Below are positions 1 to 8,990 of a DNA stretch of 64,000 nt, piece after piece. The stretch is from assembly GCA_965208575.1 (NCBI GenBank), contig CBDBOV010000004.1, positions 576,001 through 640,000 on the forward strand. Direction: 5' to 3'. The number at the start of each line of letters is the position of its first letter. The first letter of the stretch is position 1. Source of the DNA: Spirochaetia bacterium. Its GTDB lineage: Bacteria; Spirochaetota; Spirochaetia; SZUA-6; Bin103. The position numbers were made by a program, and so were the translations under genes. Under the pieces are notes generated by a model that was not told where the DNA came from, ran no database searches, and was given only the letters and a program-made list of their open reading frames with translations.

Positions 1-318
1 TGCGGCAATGCCGCCGTGATTCCGGACGGGCTGGAGATGCTGCGCATCGGCGGCCGCTATACCCTGGGCGGCATCGTCACCCCGGACGCCGACGTCACCA
101 TCGACGCCAACGTGCTCGTGAAGAAGTGGATCACGCTGCGCGGCGTCCACAACTACCACCCGCGGCACCTGGTCCAGGCGCTGGATTTCGTGGTGGCCAA
201 CCGCGACCGGTTTCCGTTCCGGGAGATCGTCGACGCCCGGTTCACGCTTGACCAGATCGACGAAGCGTTTCAGCGGGCGGCCGAGCGCACAGTCCTGCGT
301 GCCGCTATCGTTCCCTGA
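1..318 (+). CDS. Zn-dependent alcohol dehydrogenase family protein, C-terminal part (runs off window start)
   Basis: Frame open from base 1; C-terminus GLEMLRIGGRY..LRGVHNY..FTLDQIDEAF is typical of MDR dehydrogenases; next to an ALDH gene. Confidence 0.7.
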   Translation, partial: CGNAAVIPDGLEMLRIGGRYTLGGIVTPDADVTIDANVLVKKWITLRGVHNYHPRHLVQALDFVVANRDRFPFREIVDARFTLDQIDEAFQRAAERTVLRAAIVP

Positions 319-333
319 GGAGCACCGACCGAG

Positions 334-1791
334 ATGACCCCGGCGACACCTGACCTGGCATTCGAACCGCGCGGACTGTTCATCGGCGGCGAATGGGTAG
401 CCGCCCAGGCCGGAGGTACCATCACCAGCATCAATCCGGCAAACGGCGAGCTGCTGGGAGCGGTGCCGCTGGCCGACGAGCACGACGTGGAGCGGGCGGT
501 CGCCGCCGCCAAGGCCGCGTTCCCGGCGTGGGCGGCGCTGCCGGTGACGCGGCGCGCCGACTACCTGCGCCGGCTCGCCGATGCCGTCGAGCGCAACGCC
601 GACTGCCTGGCGCTGATGGACGCGGTGGACAGCGGCAATGCGATCTCCGGCATGCGCGGGGACATGACCTGGACCGCCGACGCGCTACGCTACTTTGCCG
701 CGCTGGTCACCGAGATGAAGGGCGAGACCATGTCGCGCGAGCAGGGGCATCTCAACCTGACCCTGCGCCAGCCCTACGGCGTGGTCGCCAGGATCAACCC
801 GTTCAACCACCCGTTCCGCTTCTGCGCCGAGAAGGCGGCGTCCGCGCTTGCCGCCGGCAACACCGTGGTGATCAAGGGACCGGAGCAGGCGCCGCTGTCG
901 AGCCTCAGGCTGGGCGAGCTGTGCGCGGAGATCTTTCCACCGGGAGTGGTGAACATCGTGACCGGCGACGGCGCCACCGGATCGGCCATGGTGCGCCATC
1001 CGGACGTGGCGCGGGTCGGCTTCGTCGGCTCGGTGGAGACCGGCCGCCGCGTCGCCCGCGAAGCTGCCGAGAGCCTCAAGGAGGTGACCCTGGAGCTGGG
1101 CGGCAAGAACCCGATCGTCATCTTCCCCGACGCCGACCCGGCCAAGGCCGCGGCCCAGGCGGTAGCGGCGATGAACATGAACCGCCAGGGGCAGTCCTGC
1201 TCGTCCACCTCGCGGGTACTGGTGCACCGGTCGCTGCACGAGCGCGTGCGCGCCGAGCTGGTCAAGGCCGCGGCCGCCATCCCGATCGGCCTGCCCTGGC
1301 TGGAGGATGCCGAGATGGGGCCGATCGTGTCGCGGCCGCAGTACGAGCGGGTGCTCGGCTACGTCGCCTCCGGCCGCGACGAGGGCGCCGAGCTGCTCAC
1401 CGGCGGCGGCCCGCCGCCCGCTCCGGAACTCGCCGCGGGCTTCTTCATCGAGCCCACCGTGTTTGACCGCGTGCGGCCCGAGATGCGTATCGGCAGCGAG
1501 GAGATCTTCGGACCGGTGATGGCGATCATGAGCTGGTCCGACTTCGACGAGATGATCGAAGTCGCCAACGGCGTGATGTACGGGCTGACGGCGTCGCTGG
1601 TGACCAACGACTTCGGCGCCGCGATGCGCGCCGCCGAGCGGTTGCAGGCGGGCTACGTGTGGATCAACTCCTCGGGCCGCTACCTCGGCGCGCCCTATGG
1701 CGGCTGGAAGCAGAGCGGGATCGGCAAGGAGGAGTCGTTCGAGGAGCTGCTGAGCTTCACCCGGGTCAAGAACATCAACATGCGTTGGTAG
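334..1791 (+). CDS. Aldehyde dehydrogenase
   Basis: PFNHP, FVGSVETG, LELGGKNP, GQSC (catalytic Cys), EEIFGPV motifs; GAGGAG RBS upstream. Confidence 0.95.
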   Translation: MTPATPDLAFEPRGLFIGGEWVAAQAGGTITSINPANGELLGAVPLADEHDVERAVAAAKAAFPAWAALPVTRRADYLRRLADAVERNADCLALMDAVDSGNAISGMRGDMTWTADALRYFAALVTEMKGETMSREQGHLNLTLRQPYGVVARINPFNHPFRFCAEKAASALAAGNTVVIKGPEQAPLSSLRLGELCAEIFPPGVVNIVTGDGATGSAMVRHPDVARVGFVGSVETGRRVAREAAESLKEVTLELGGKNPIVIFPDADPAKAAAQAVAAMNMNRQGQSCSSTSRVLVHRSLHERVRAELVKAAAAIPIGLPWLEDAEMGPIVSRPQYERVLGYVASGRDEGAELLTGGGPPPAPELAAGFFIEPTVFDRVRPEMRIGSEEIFGPVMAIMSWSDFDEMIEVANGVMYGLTASLVTNDFGAAMRAAERLQAGYVWINSSGRYLGAPYGGWKQSGIGKEESFEELLSFTRVKNINMRW

Positions 1792-1863
1792 CTGCTTGAA
1801 GGGCCAACGCCGGTGGGACGGGATGGGCCAAAAGCGTCGCCGGCAAGCGGCGGTTTTGGGGCG

Positions 1864-3039
1864 CTATCGCCCGAGTACGGCCGGGGCCAAGTCGCCGATC
1901 GAGCCGCCGAGCGCGTCGTCGCTGCGCGCATCGGACGCGGCCAGTGCCTGCGCCGCGGTCGGCACCGGCGTGTCGTACTGGTAGCCGGGCTGCACGCGCT
2001 GTCGCTTCCAGGCGGTGCGCATTTCGCGCCAGGCGCCGACCAGGGTGCGCGGCGGCGGGCAGTCGGCGGCGATGGCGCGGCTGAGCTTGCGCAGGTTGTA
2101 GCATGGCACGCCGGCGTACATGTGGTGCTCCATGTGCCAGTTCATGCGCCAGTACAGGAACGACGACAGCGGGTCGATTCGGATGCTGCGCACGCACTTG
2201 CGGAAGTCGGCGATGTTGTCGCGCAGGCCGCAGTGCATCGGCATGAACACCAGGTAGCGCCACCAGTTGGCTGCCGCCACCGGCAGGCTGATCAGCACCG
2301 GCAGCAGCCACAGCCCGGAGGCCACCGCCACCACCAGCACCGAGCCGTGGAACAGCAGCAGGATCCGCGCCCAGCGAATCGACTTGCGCCGTTCTTCCGG
2401 GTGCGCCTCGTACAGCGCGACGATCCACTCCTGGGCGCGCACCCCGACCGGCTCGGTGTCGCCGACCGTGTCCGCCCGCATCGGCAGTCCGAGCGCCGCG
2501 GTCACGGTGTAGCGCAGGAGCGGCCACAACCCGCGGCACATCGGCCCGCCGGTGATGTTGACGGTCAGCAGTTGCAGCACGTACAGCCAGCGCAGCGTCG
2601 GCGACTGCGGCAGCACCACCTCGCGGTCGCCGTCCGGGTGCAGCGTGTAGCGGTGGTGGTAGGTGTGGCTCAGCGCGTAGTCGTGGTGGTTGAACCACGC
2701 CAGCGGCGCGAAGATGCGCAGGAAGACCCGGTTGAGCCGCTTGGTCTTGAACACCGTGCCGTGGTCCAGCTCGTGGCACGCCGCGGACAGGAAGCTGCCG
2801 AATGTGCAGTGCAGGTAAAGCGCCAGTGCGAAGCCGACCCATGCCTGCTGCAGGAACAGGTAGTACGTAATCGTCGCGGTGGCGGCAAACAGGGCCAAGT
2901 TGCCCCCGGCCTGCAGCCACCCCTGCAGGTCGCTGCGCTGCATCAGCCGGCGCAACGCCTGCGGCTCGATCGGGCTGCGATACCAGCGCACGCGCTTGGT
3001 GCGGGTAACCTCGTTCAGCGGCGGGCGATCAACTGGCAT
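1864..3039 (-). CDS. Fatty-acid desaturase family membrane di-iron enzyme
   Basis: Three His boxes HELDH, HTYHH, HMEHH plus hydrophobic segments; start placed at ATG 3039 (ORF extends to 3069). Confidence 0.85.
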   Translation of the reverse strand: MPVDRPPLNEVTRTKRVRWYRSPIEPQALRRLMQRSDLQGWLQAGGNLALFAATATITYYLFLQQAWVGFALALYLHCTFGSFLSAACHELDHGTVFKTKRLNRVFLRIFAPLAWFNHHDYALSHTYHHRYTLHPDGDREVVLPQSPTLRWLYVLQLLTVNITGGPMCRGLWPLLRYTVTAALGLPMRADTVGDTEPVGVRAQEWIVALYEAHPEERRKSIRWARILLLFHGSVLVVAVASGLWLLPVLISLPVAAANWWRYLVFMPMHCGLRDNIADFRKCVRSIRIDPLSSFLYWRMNWHMEHHMYAGVPCYNLRKLSRAIAADCPPPRTLVGAWREMRTAWKRQRVQPGYQYDTPVPTAAQALAASDARSDDALGGSIGDLAPAVLGR

Positions 3040-3076
3040 GGTTCTCAGGGATGAACCATACAGGAACACCGTGTAA

Positions 3077-3150
3077 CGGGCAATGCGGGATTCGAACCCA
3101 CGACCTCTGGCTCCGGAGGCCAGCGCTCTATCCAGCTGAGCTAATTGCCC
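3077..3150 (-). tRNA. tRNA-Arg(CCG), no encoded CCA
   Basis: Minus strand GGGCAAT acceptor pairs with ATTGCCC; D-loop AGCTGGATAG; anticodon arm CTGGC-CTCCGGA-GCCAG; T-loop GGTTCGAATCC. Confidence 0.97.
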
Positions 3151-3273
3151 TCTTGGTCGGTCCGGCGACCCAGGCCCAACCTACCCCACTACTCCTCGCC
3201 GATGCAAGCGGATCCGTTCGTTCCTTCGTCGGACGCCAAGAATCCGCTCGCCATGCGGCGCGCGGAGCCGGCG

Positions 3274-3900
3274 TCAAGCGCCCGGCTCCGGGGCGTCAAA
3301 CACGTCGGCAACGGTGATGCGGAAGCCGTCGAGCAGCGGCGATGTCGCGACCCCGCCGCGGGCGTATGCTCCATCCTCCACATAGCCGTCGGGCCCTAGC
3401 GTGAGGACGGTAATGAGCTCGTCGCGCGGGTCGACGATCCAATACTCACCGATCCCCGCCTCGGCATAGTCTTCCTTCTTGTCGACCAGATCCCGGTCCG
3501 GCCGATCCGGGCTCACCACCTCCACGACCAGGTCGGCTCCCAGCCAGAAGCGATCCTGGTAGCGCGAGTCGGAACTGTCGCACAGCACCAGAAGGTCGGG
3601 CTCCCGGAACTTGCCCTCACGCACACGCAACCGAAGCGCCGAGAACAGGACCACGCCGCCACGCGGCCCAAGCCACGCGTGAAACAGGCGATAGAGCAAC
3701 GCGAGGATAACCTGGTGGGAGGAAGTCGGCATGGGCAACTCCTGGACGTAGCCGTCGGTGAACTCGATCAAGCGGCGGCTGCGATCGGTGAGCCACAGGT
3801 ACTCTTCGTCGGTCCAGGCTCCCTGGCGAGGCACGGCCTCGCACAGTATGGCGTTCAACTCATTCTGCGAGGTGGACACCGATGGAGTGGACCCAGCCAT
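3274..3900 (-). CDS. Uma2 family (DUF820) PD-(D/E)xK endonuclease
   Basis: IEFTDG, REPDL, DLVVEVVSP, KKEDYAEAGIGEYWIVDP motifs. Confidence 0.9.
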   Translation of the reverse strand: MAGSTPSVSTSQNELNAILCEAVPRQGAWTDEEYLWLTDRSRRLIEFTDGYVQELPMPTSSHQVILALLYRLFHAWLGPRGGVVLFSALRLRVREGKFREPDLLVLCDSSDSRYQDRFWLGADLVVEVVSPDRPDRDLVDKKEDYAEAGIGEYWIVDPRDELITVLTLGPDGYVEDGAYARGGVATSPLLDGFRITVADVFDAPEPGA

Positions 3901-3955
3901 ATGGGGCCCATGGTTTCACGAGCACCCGAAGGGCGTCAACCAAATCGATCACTAC

Positions 3956-5393
3956 GGGTGCGAACGCCGAAAGCGGTAGCAAATCATTGACTCTGAGGCG
4001 GAAAAAAGGTCTACCTACCCCACGACACCACACCATGGGGAGGTAGACCATGAATACGGAAGGACTTATAACGGCCGCCGAGGGCCTTGTCAAGGAGTTG
4101 CAAGGGCGCATCAACGGCGGCCGGATGGATCTCCAGGAGGCGGAAGCCAAGATCCTTGAGATGGTGAACTGGATCGGCGACGAGATGGTGCAGGAAGTGG
4201 TAGCCGGACTCGCGGAGCCGACATCCGCCAACCAGATCACGGTTGGCGGTGAGGTGGCAGTGTTCGAGCGGGTGCGTAACCTGCGGTTCATCAACCGCTT
4301 CGGCGAAGAAGTGGTGCACCCGCGGCGCTGCTACCGGTACCGGCACCGGAGCGGAGGCGTGGCGCCGCTGGATGTGAAGCTGGGGATCGACGGGTGCTTC
4401 GGATTCTCACCGCTGATGACGTACCTGATCTGCATGCTGGGCGCGGATGAGTCGTATGCCGGTGCAGCGGCAAAACTGGAGGCGATGCTCGGGTTCAAGG
4501 TGAGCTCGACGGCGGTGCAGCGCACTACCGAGAAGACGGGAGAGCGGATACCCGATACCCCCGACGATCTAATTGATGAGCAGCGTCAGCGGCAGCCATG
4601 TTCCCTGATGGTGGTCGAGGTAGACGGAACGACGAGCCCGCAGATCACGGAGCAGGAAGGGATTACTGGTCTTGCCAGCCTCCGGGCGCCGACCTGTTAC
4701 AAGGAGTGCAACCTGATAGTCATCGAGAAGCACGATGATGGCAAGGTGATCGACCGCTGGACCGGAGGACGCTATGGACCACGCGGTGAGTTTGCCGGCT
4801 ACGCCGAGCAGGCTGGACTGCGAATGGGCTTCCTGGACGCTCCACGAACGCTGTTCCTCGGTGATGGTGCACACCACAACTGGGAACTGCAGCAGACCCA
4901 CTTCCCCGGCGCGATACCGATCCTGGACTACTACCACGCGGCTGAGCACCTCGCCGATTACTGCAAGCTGCTGTCTGCTACGCTACGCGATGCCGTCGAG
5001 CGCAGCTTGTCCACGATGATGTGGGAAGGCGAGGTGCTGCAGATGATCCACGAGATGAAGCGTTCACTGTCGAAGGTCACCGATACTGACGAAGCGTGGA
5101 AGCAGATCAACTACTTCACGAACAACCAGGACCGTATGGACTATGCCCGTTACCGCGATCTCGGGTGGCCGATCGGCAGTGGCTTGGTCGAAGGGCAGTG
5201 CAAATTGGTTGTCGGTCGACGCTTCAAGGGCAACGGGATGAGATGGCGACCGCACGACAACCGCTGCGTGCTACGCACCCGTCTGGCTCTGCTCAACGGC
5301 GACCTCAAGCGCTATTTCAGTCCTCCTGACGACTGCGAGATCAAAGCGGCCTGATCGTGTCAACCCCTGTTACCGCTTTTGGCATTGGCACCC
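3956..5393 (+). mobile_element. ISKra4-like insertion sequence, copy 1 (1438 bp)
   Basis: Imperfect 25-bp terminal IRs GGGTGCGAACGCCGAAAGCGGTAGC / GGGTGCCAATGCCAAAAGCGGTAAC (rc); 9-bp target duplication GATCACTAC at 3947-3955 and 5394-5402; second copy at 25023. Confidence 0.93.
4050..5354 (+). CDS. Mutator-like DDE transposase (ISKra4/UPF0236-related)
   Basis: VEVDG, FLGDGA, LDYYHAAEHL, PIGSGLVEGQCK..RFKGNGMRW motifs. Confidence 0.9.
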   Translation: MNTEGLITAAEGLVKELQGRINGGRMDLQEAEAKILEMVNWIGDEMVQEVVAGLAEPTSANQITVGGEVAVFERVRNLRFINRFGEEVVHPRRCYRYRHRSGGVAPLDVKLGIDGCFGFSPLMTYLICMLGADESYAGAAAKLEAMLGFKVSSTAVQRTTEKTGERIPDTPDDLIDEQRQRQPCSLMVVEVDGTTSPQITEQEGITGLASLRAPTCYKECNLIVIEKHDDGKVIDRWTGGRYGPRGEFAGYAEQAGLRMGFLDAPRTLFLGDGAHHNWELQQTHFPGAIPILDYYHAAEHLADYCKLLSATLRDAVERSLSTMMWEGEVLQMIHEMKRSLSKVTDTDEAWKQINYFTNNQDRMDYARYRDLGWPIGSGLVEGQCKLVVGRRFKGNGMRWRPHDNRCVLRTRLALLNGDLKRYFSPPDDCEIKAA

Positions 5394-5421
5394 GATCACT
5401 ACGATTCCGGTACATGGCGCG

Positions 5422-6327
5422 TTACACACGGATCGGGTTGGTCCAGGCGCGGCGTCCGCGTTTGTCGAACACGGTGAGCCGTGCGTACGGGCCCTTGATC
5501 CCGGCCAGGTCGAGTTCGGCGGCGGTGATGTCCGCGGTGCCCACTACCGTGGACGACGAGGAACTGCGGCCGGTCAGCCGCATGGCGCGCACCGGCGAGG
5601 TGCGCACGGAGAGCTTGCCGCCGCGCTCCGGAGCGACGCCGAGGATCTCCGGACCCTGGCTCGCGTAGAAGCTGCCGGCGTGCAGCGCCTCGACCAGGGC
5701 GTCCGGGTGCAGGTGCTCGCAGCGTACCATCACCCAGTTCTTGCCCCAATCGGGCATCGCGGGCTTGAAGTGCGCGTCATCGGTGGCGATGGCGTGGTAG
5801 TAGTGGCCCTGGCTGAGCAGCCTATCGAGGTAGCCGCTGCTGTCGCCCTTGCCGTTGGCCACCGTGCAGGTGGTATTGACGATCTCGATGGCGCCAGCCG
5901 CCTTCAGGGACAGAACGTCGGCGTCGGTCAGGTCGTACCAGGCCGGATGGGCGGCCGCCACGTAGGCGCCGGCCGCCTTGGCGCGGGCGGCGAGCTGCGG
6001 GCCGGTTTCGTCGGCTCCGGTTGCCGTGAAGTCGAGCGGCAGCCCGACCGCCAGGATGTGCCAAGCCTCGCCCAGGCTGGTCGGGGGGGCGTGCAGCTCG
6101 GCGCCGATGACGGTAGTGAACCGGTCGCTCCGATACGGTGTCGTGTCGGAGACCGGAAACCCGTACTTGGCGAGAAAGTGGTCGGTCAGGCTGATGAAGT
6201 GGTAGCCGCGGCGCCGGTAGTGGGCGCACACGTCGGGCGGCGTCTTCAAACCGTCCGAGTTGGTGGAATGGGTGTGCAGGTTGCCGCGGTACCAGTGACC
6301 GGGCTTGGCGAACGGCAGCGTGTCCAT
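5422..6327 (-). CDS. PHP-domain metallohydrolase (CehA/McbA-like)
   Basis: WYRGNLHTHS, LTDH, AHP, TDDAH metal ligands; C-terminal AWTNPI. Confidence 0.85.
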   Translation of the reverse strand: MDTLPFAKPGHWYRGNLHTHSTNSDGLKTPPDVCAHYRRRGYHFISLTDHFLAKYGFPVSDTTPYRSDRFTTVIGAELHAPPTSLGEAWHILAVGLPLDFTATGADETGPQLAARAKAAGAYVAAAHPAWYDLTDADVLSLKAAGAIEIVNTTCTVANGKGDSSGYLDRLLSQGHYYHAIATDDAHFKPAMPDWGKNWVMVRCEHLHPDALVEALHAGSFYASQGPEILGVAPERGGKLSVRTSPVRAMRLTGRSSSSSTVVGTADITAAELDLAGIKGPYARLTVFDKRGRRAWTNPIRV

Positions 6328-6340
6328 CGAATCGTCTCCT

Positions 6341-6400
6341 TGTCAGTCGGGATCAGTCAGGATCGGTAGGGATCAATCGGGATCGGTCAGGATCATTCGA
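6341..6400. repeat. Six degenerate 10-bp tandem units, five starting with GATC
   Basis: tgtcagtcgg gatcagtcag gatcggtagg gatcaatcgg gatcggtcag gatcattcga. Confidence 0.9.
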
Positions 6401-6443
6401 GCCGCCGGAGAGGGCGCCACCGGTGGCAGGCCCTCTCCGCGGC
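6401..6443 (-). terminator. GC-rich stem-loop after the SBP gene (terminator or mRNA stabiliser)
   Basis: GGAGAGGGC...GCCCTCTCC stem with inner GCCACCGGTGGC palindrome. Confidence 0.6.
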
Positions 6444-6464
6444 AGATGGCGACTGCCGCCGCCG

Positions 6465-8084
6465 CTACAGGTTGGCGTCGGCGTAGTCCTGGTAGGCCTG
6501 GCGGAACTCTTCGTAGCCGTTGTCCTTCAGGCCCTGCAGGTACTCCGCCCACAGCGCTTCGACTTCCGCCTCGGAGTCGGCGATCAGCATCTTCGCGAAC
6601 AGCGGCGCGCGCACGTTCTCGTCCAGGTTCACGCGGATGTCCTCGACCTCGGCCAACGTGACCAGGTCCATCGGGTTGGGCCGCACCAGCGGCTTGGCCT
6701 CGTTGATGCGCTGCACGGCGCTGCCGCCGGCCTCGTAGTCTTCGCGGTTCGCCCACACCTCGACGTTGGCCATCGCCTCCTCGAAGGTGGGATAGTCGTT
6801 GATCGGGATGTAGCCGTGCACGGTGCTGAAGAACCCCCACCAGCGCGGCCACGACTTGTTCACCAGTTCGACGTCGTAGTCCTGCTGCCACTGCTCGAAG
6901 TCGAGGTCGTAGATGCCGTCCACCATGTTGCTCCAGTGGCGGTCCTCGATGCCGGCCACGAACAACTGGCGGCCCTCGCGGCTGTTTGCGAACTCGATCA
7001 CCTCCAGCGACTTGTCGATGTACTTGGAGTCGGCGGAGACGCCGAGCAGCAGCCACCACGATACGCCGGCTCCGTTCAGCTTGTAGCCGGGCGCCACCAC
7101 GGGCGGATCGGGCGAGTCGAACGCCGCCTCAGGCACCCCGATGCGCTCCACCCGGTTGGGCGTGACGTACGCGACCGGCGCAAAGAAGGCGCCGCCGCGA
7201 TTGGAATAGATCCACGCGTTGGAGGCTTCCTCGTTGTTGGGGTGATTGATGAAGTCGGTGTTCAGGGCGCCTTCACGGTACAGCCGGTTGCCGAATTTGA
7301 GCGCCTCCAGGGTACCCTGGTGGGTGGCCAGCGATATCACCGTGCCATCCTCCTGCACCTCCATGTCCTTGATGTTGGCGCTGGCGTTGAAGGCCATGAA
7401 GATCGGCGCTCCCACGCCGGTCGCGGCGCTGGTCACGAAGCCGGTGGTGTCGTCCTTGCCGTTGCCGTCCGGATCGTCATCGCTGAACGCCTTGAGCACC
7501 TCGTACAACTCGTCGGGCGTGTGCGGCATCGCCAGGCCCAGGTTGTCCAGCCAGTCCTGGCGAATGTGGAACTGCCAGTCGTAGCCGTGGTGGGTGCCGG
7601 GCACGTAGTAGTGGCCGCCATCGATCGTCAGTGGCTTGAACATGTCCGCCGTCATCACCTTGTGGATGAACGGATACTTCTCCGGCGTGACGTGGTCGTC
7701 GAGATTCGCGATCAGCCCCTCCTCGGCCCATTGCTGCCAGGGGTTCTGGCCCTGGTTGGACACGTGCATGATGTCCAGCGGGTCTCCCGAGGCCATCATC
7801 AGGTTGAGCTTCGACCACACCTGGTCCCAGGGCCCGCCCACGATCTGCAGGTCGATGTTCAGCCGGCGCTCCATCTCATTGATGCTGAGATCGGTGTCCT
7901 GGTCCATGCGCAACGGCCCCGGCACGAACACCTTGATCGGCACGATCTCGGCGGCCGCGCCCTCTTCGCCCTCGGCAGCGGCCCACACCGTGGCGCTCAT
8001 GGTGCACAGCAAGGCGATACAGGCACCGGCCGCGACGCAGAATCGGGTGCGGCTGCCTGCCCTGAAAAAGATTTTGGATGTCAT
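6465..8084 (-). CDS. Carbohydrate-type ABC transporter solute-binding protein (LplA-like)
   Basis: Signal peptide; IRQDWLDNLGLAMPHTPDELYEVLKAFSDDDPDGNGKDDT motif; follows two CUT1 permeases. Confidence 0.9.
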   Translation of the reverse strand: MTSKIFFRAGSRTRFCVAAGACIALLCTMSATVWAAAEGEEGAAAEIVPIKVFVPGPLRMDQDTDLSINEMERRLNIDLQIVGGPWDQVWSKLNLMMASGDPLDIMHVSNQGQNPWQQWAEEGLIANLDDHVTPEKYPFIHKVMTADMFKPLTIDGGHYYVPGTHHGYDWQFHIRQDWLDNLGLAMPHTPDELYEVLKAFSDDDPDGNGKDDTTGFVTSAATGVGAPIFMAFNASANIKDMEVQEDGTVISLATHQGTLEALKFGNRLYREGALNTDFINHPNNEEASNAWIYSNRGGAFFAPVAYVTPNRVERIGVPEAAFDSPDPPVVAPGYKLNGAGVSWWLLLGVSADSKYIDKSLEVIEFANSREGRQLFVAGIEDRHWSNMVDGIYDLDFEQWQQDYDVELVNKSWPRWWGFFSTVHGYIPINDYPTFEEAMANVEVWANREDYEAGGSAVQRINEAKPLVRPNPMDLVTLAEVEDIRVNLDENVRAPLFAKMLIADSEAEVEALWAEYLQGLKDNGYEEFRQAYQDYADANL

Positions 8085-8136
8085 TCGACACCTCCTTGAA
8101 TTGGTGGAATCTGCAGCAAACGCTGCGCGAATTGAC

Positions 8137-8988
8137 TCACTCCTTGATGGCTCCGAGCATGATGCCCTTGACGAAGTGCTTCTGGATGAACGGGTACACC
8201 ATCATGATCGGGATGATGCTGATCGCGATCACCGCCGCCTTCAACATCTGCGGCACCACGTCGGTCGGCACGAACACGCTCGACGCACTCACGACCAGGT
8301 TGCGCATCACCATCGACAGTGGATACAGCTTGGCGTCGGAGATGAACAGCATCGGGAAAAACCAGTCGTTCCAGAAGTACACCGAGTAGAACAGCCCGAT
8401 GGTCGCCACGATCGGCATCGAGGTCGGCAGCACGATCAGGAACAGGATCTGGATCTCGTTGTAGCCGTCGATTCGGGCCGAGTCCTCCAGGCTCTGCGGC
8501 ACCGCGGTGGCGAAGTAGTTCTTCATCAGGATCAGGTTGAAGGTGTTGATGGCGTTGGGCACGAACAGCACCAGCAGCGAGTTGCGCATGCCCAACGAGG
8601 TGAGCAGGATGTACAGCGGAATCAGGCCGCCGGAGAAGAACATGGTGAAGATGATCAGCCGGAAGAAGAAGTTCCTGCCCGGCAGGTCGTTCTTGGACAG
8701 CACGTAGGCGCCCATCGAGGTAAGCAGCAGGCTGAGCGCGGTGCCGGCGGTGGTCACCAGCACGCTGACGAAGAAGGCGACGTACACCAGCGGGCGCGAC
8801 AGCGCGGTCTGGAAGCTCGCCAGGGTGAAGCTCTTGGGGATGATGTGGTAGTAGTCGGCGAAGAAGCCGCGCTCGGTGGCGGTGGCGACCACCAGGATGT
8901 ACCAGAACGGGTACAGCGTGACCGCCGTGGCCACCAGCAGCAGGAAGTAGTTGAAGAAGTCGAACGGCTGCATGCGCTGGCGAGCCAT
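8137..8988 (-). CDS. Carbohydrate ABC transporter permease
   Basis: SLEDSARIDG EAA motif, FFSGGLIPLY; start MARQRM at 8988. Confidence 0.92.
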   Translation of the reverse strand: MARQRMQPFDFFNYFLLLVATAVTLYPFWYILVVATATERGFFADYYHIIPKSFTLASFQTALSRPLVYVAFFVSVLVTTAGTALSLLLTSMGAYVLSKNDLPGRNFFFRLIIFTMFFSGGLIPLYILLTSLGMRNSLLVLFVPNAINTFNLILMKNYFATAVPQSLEDSARIDGYNEIQILFLIVLPTSMPIVATIGLFYSVYFWNDWFFPMLFISDAKLYPLSMVMRNLVVSASSVFVPTDVVPQMLKAAVIAISIIPIMMVYPFIQKHFVKGIMLGAIKE

Positions 8989-8990
8989 GA

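Noticed and set aside
3077-3150. tRNA-Arg as integration site of the accessory region
   Set aside because: Its 3' end faces the left side of the window, and I saw no duplicated tRNA 3' end and no integrase
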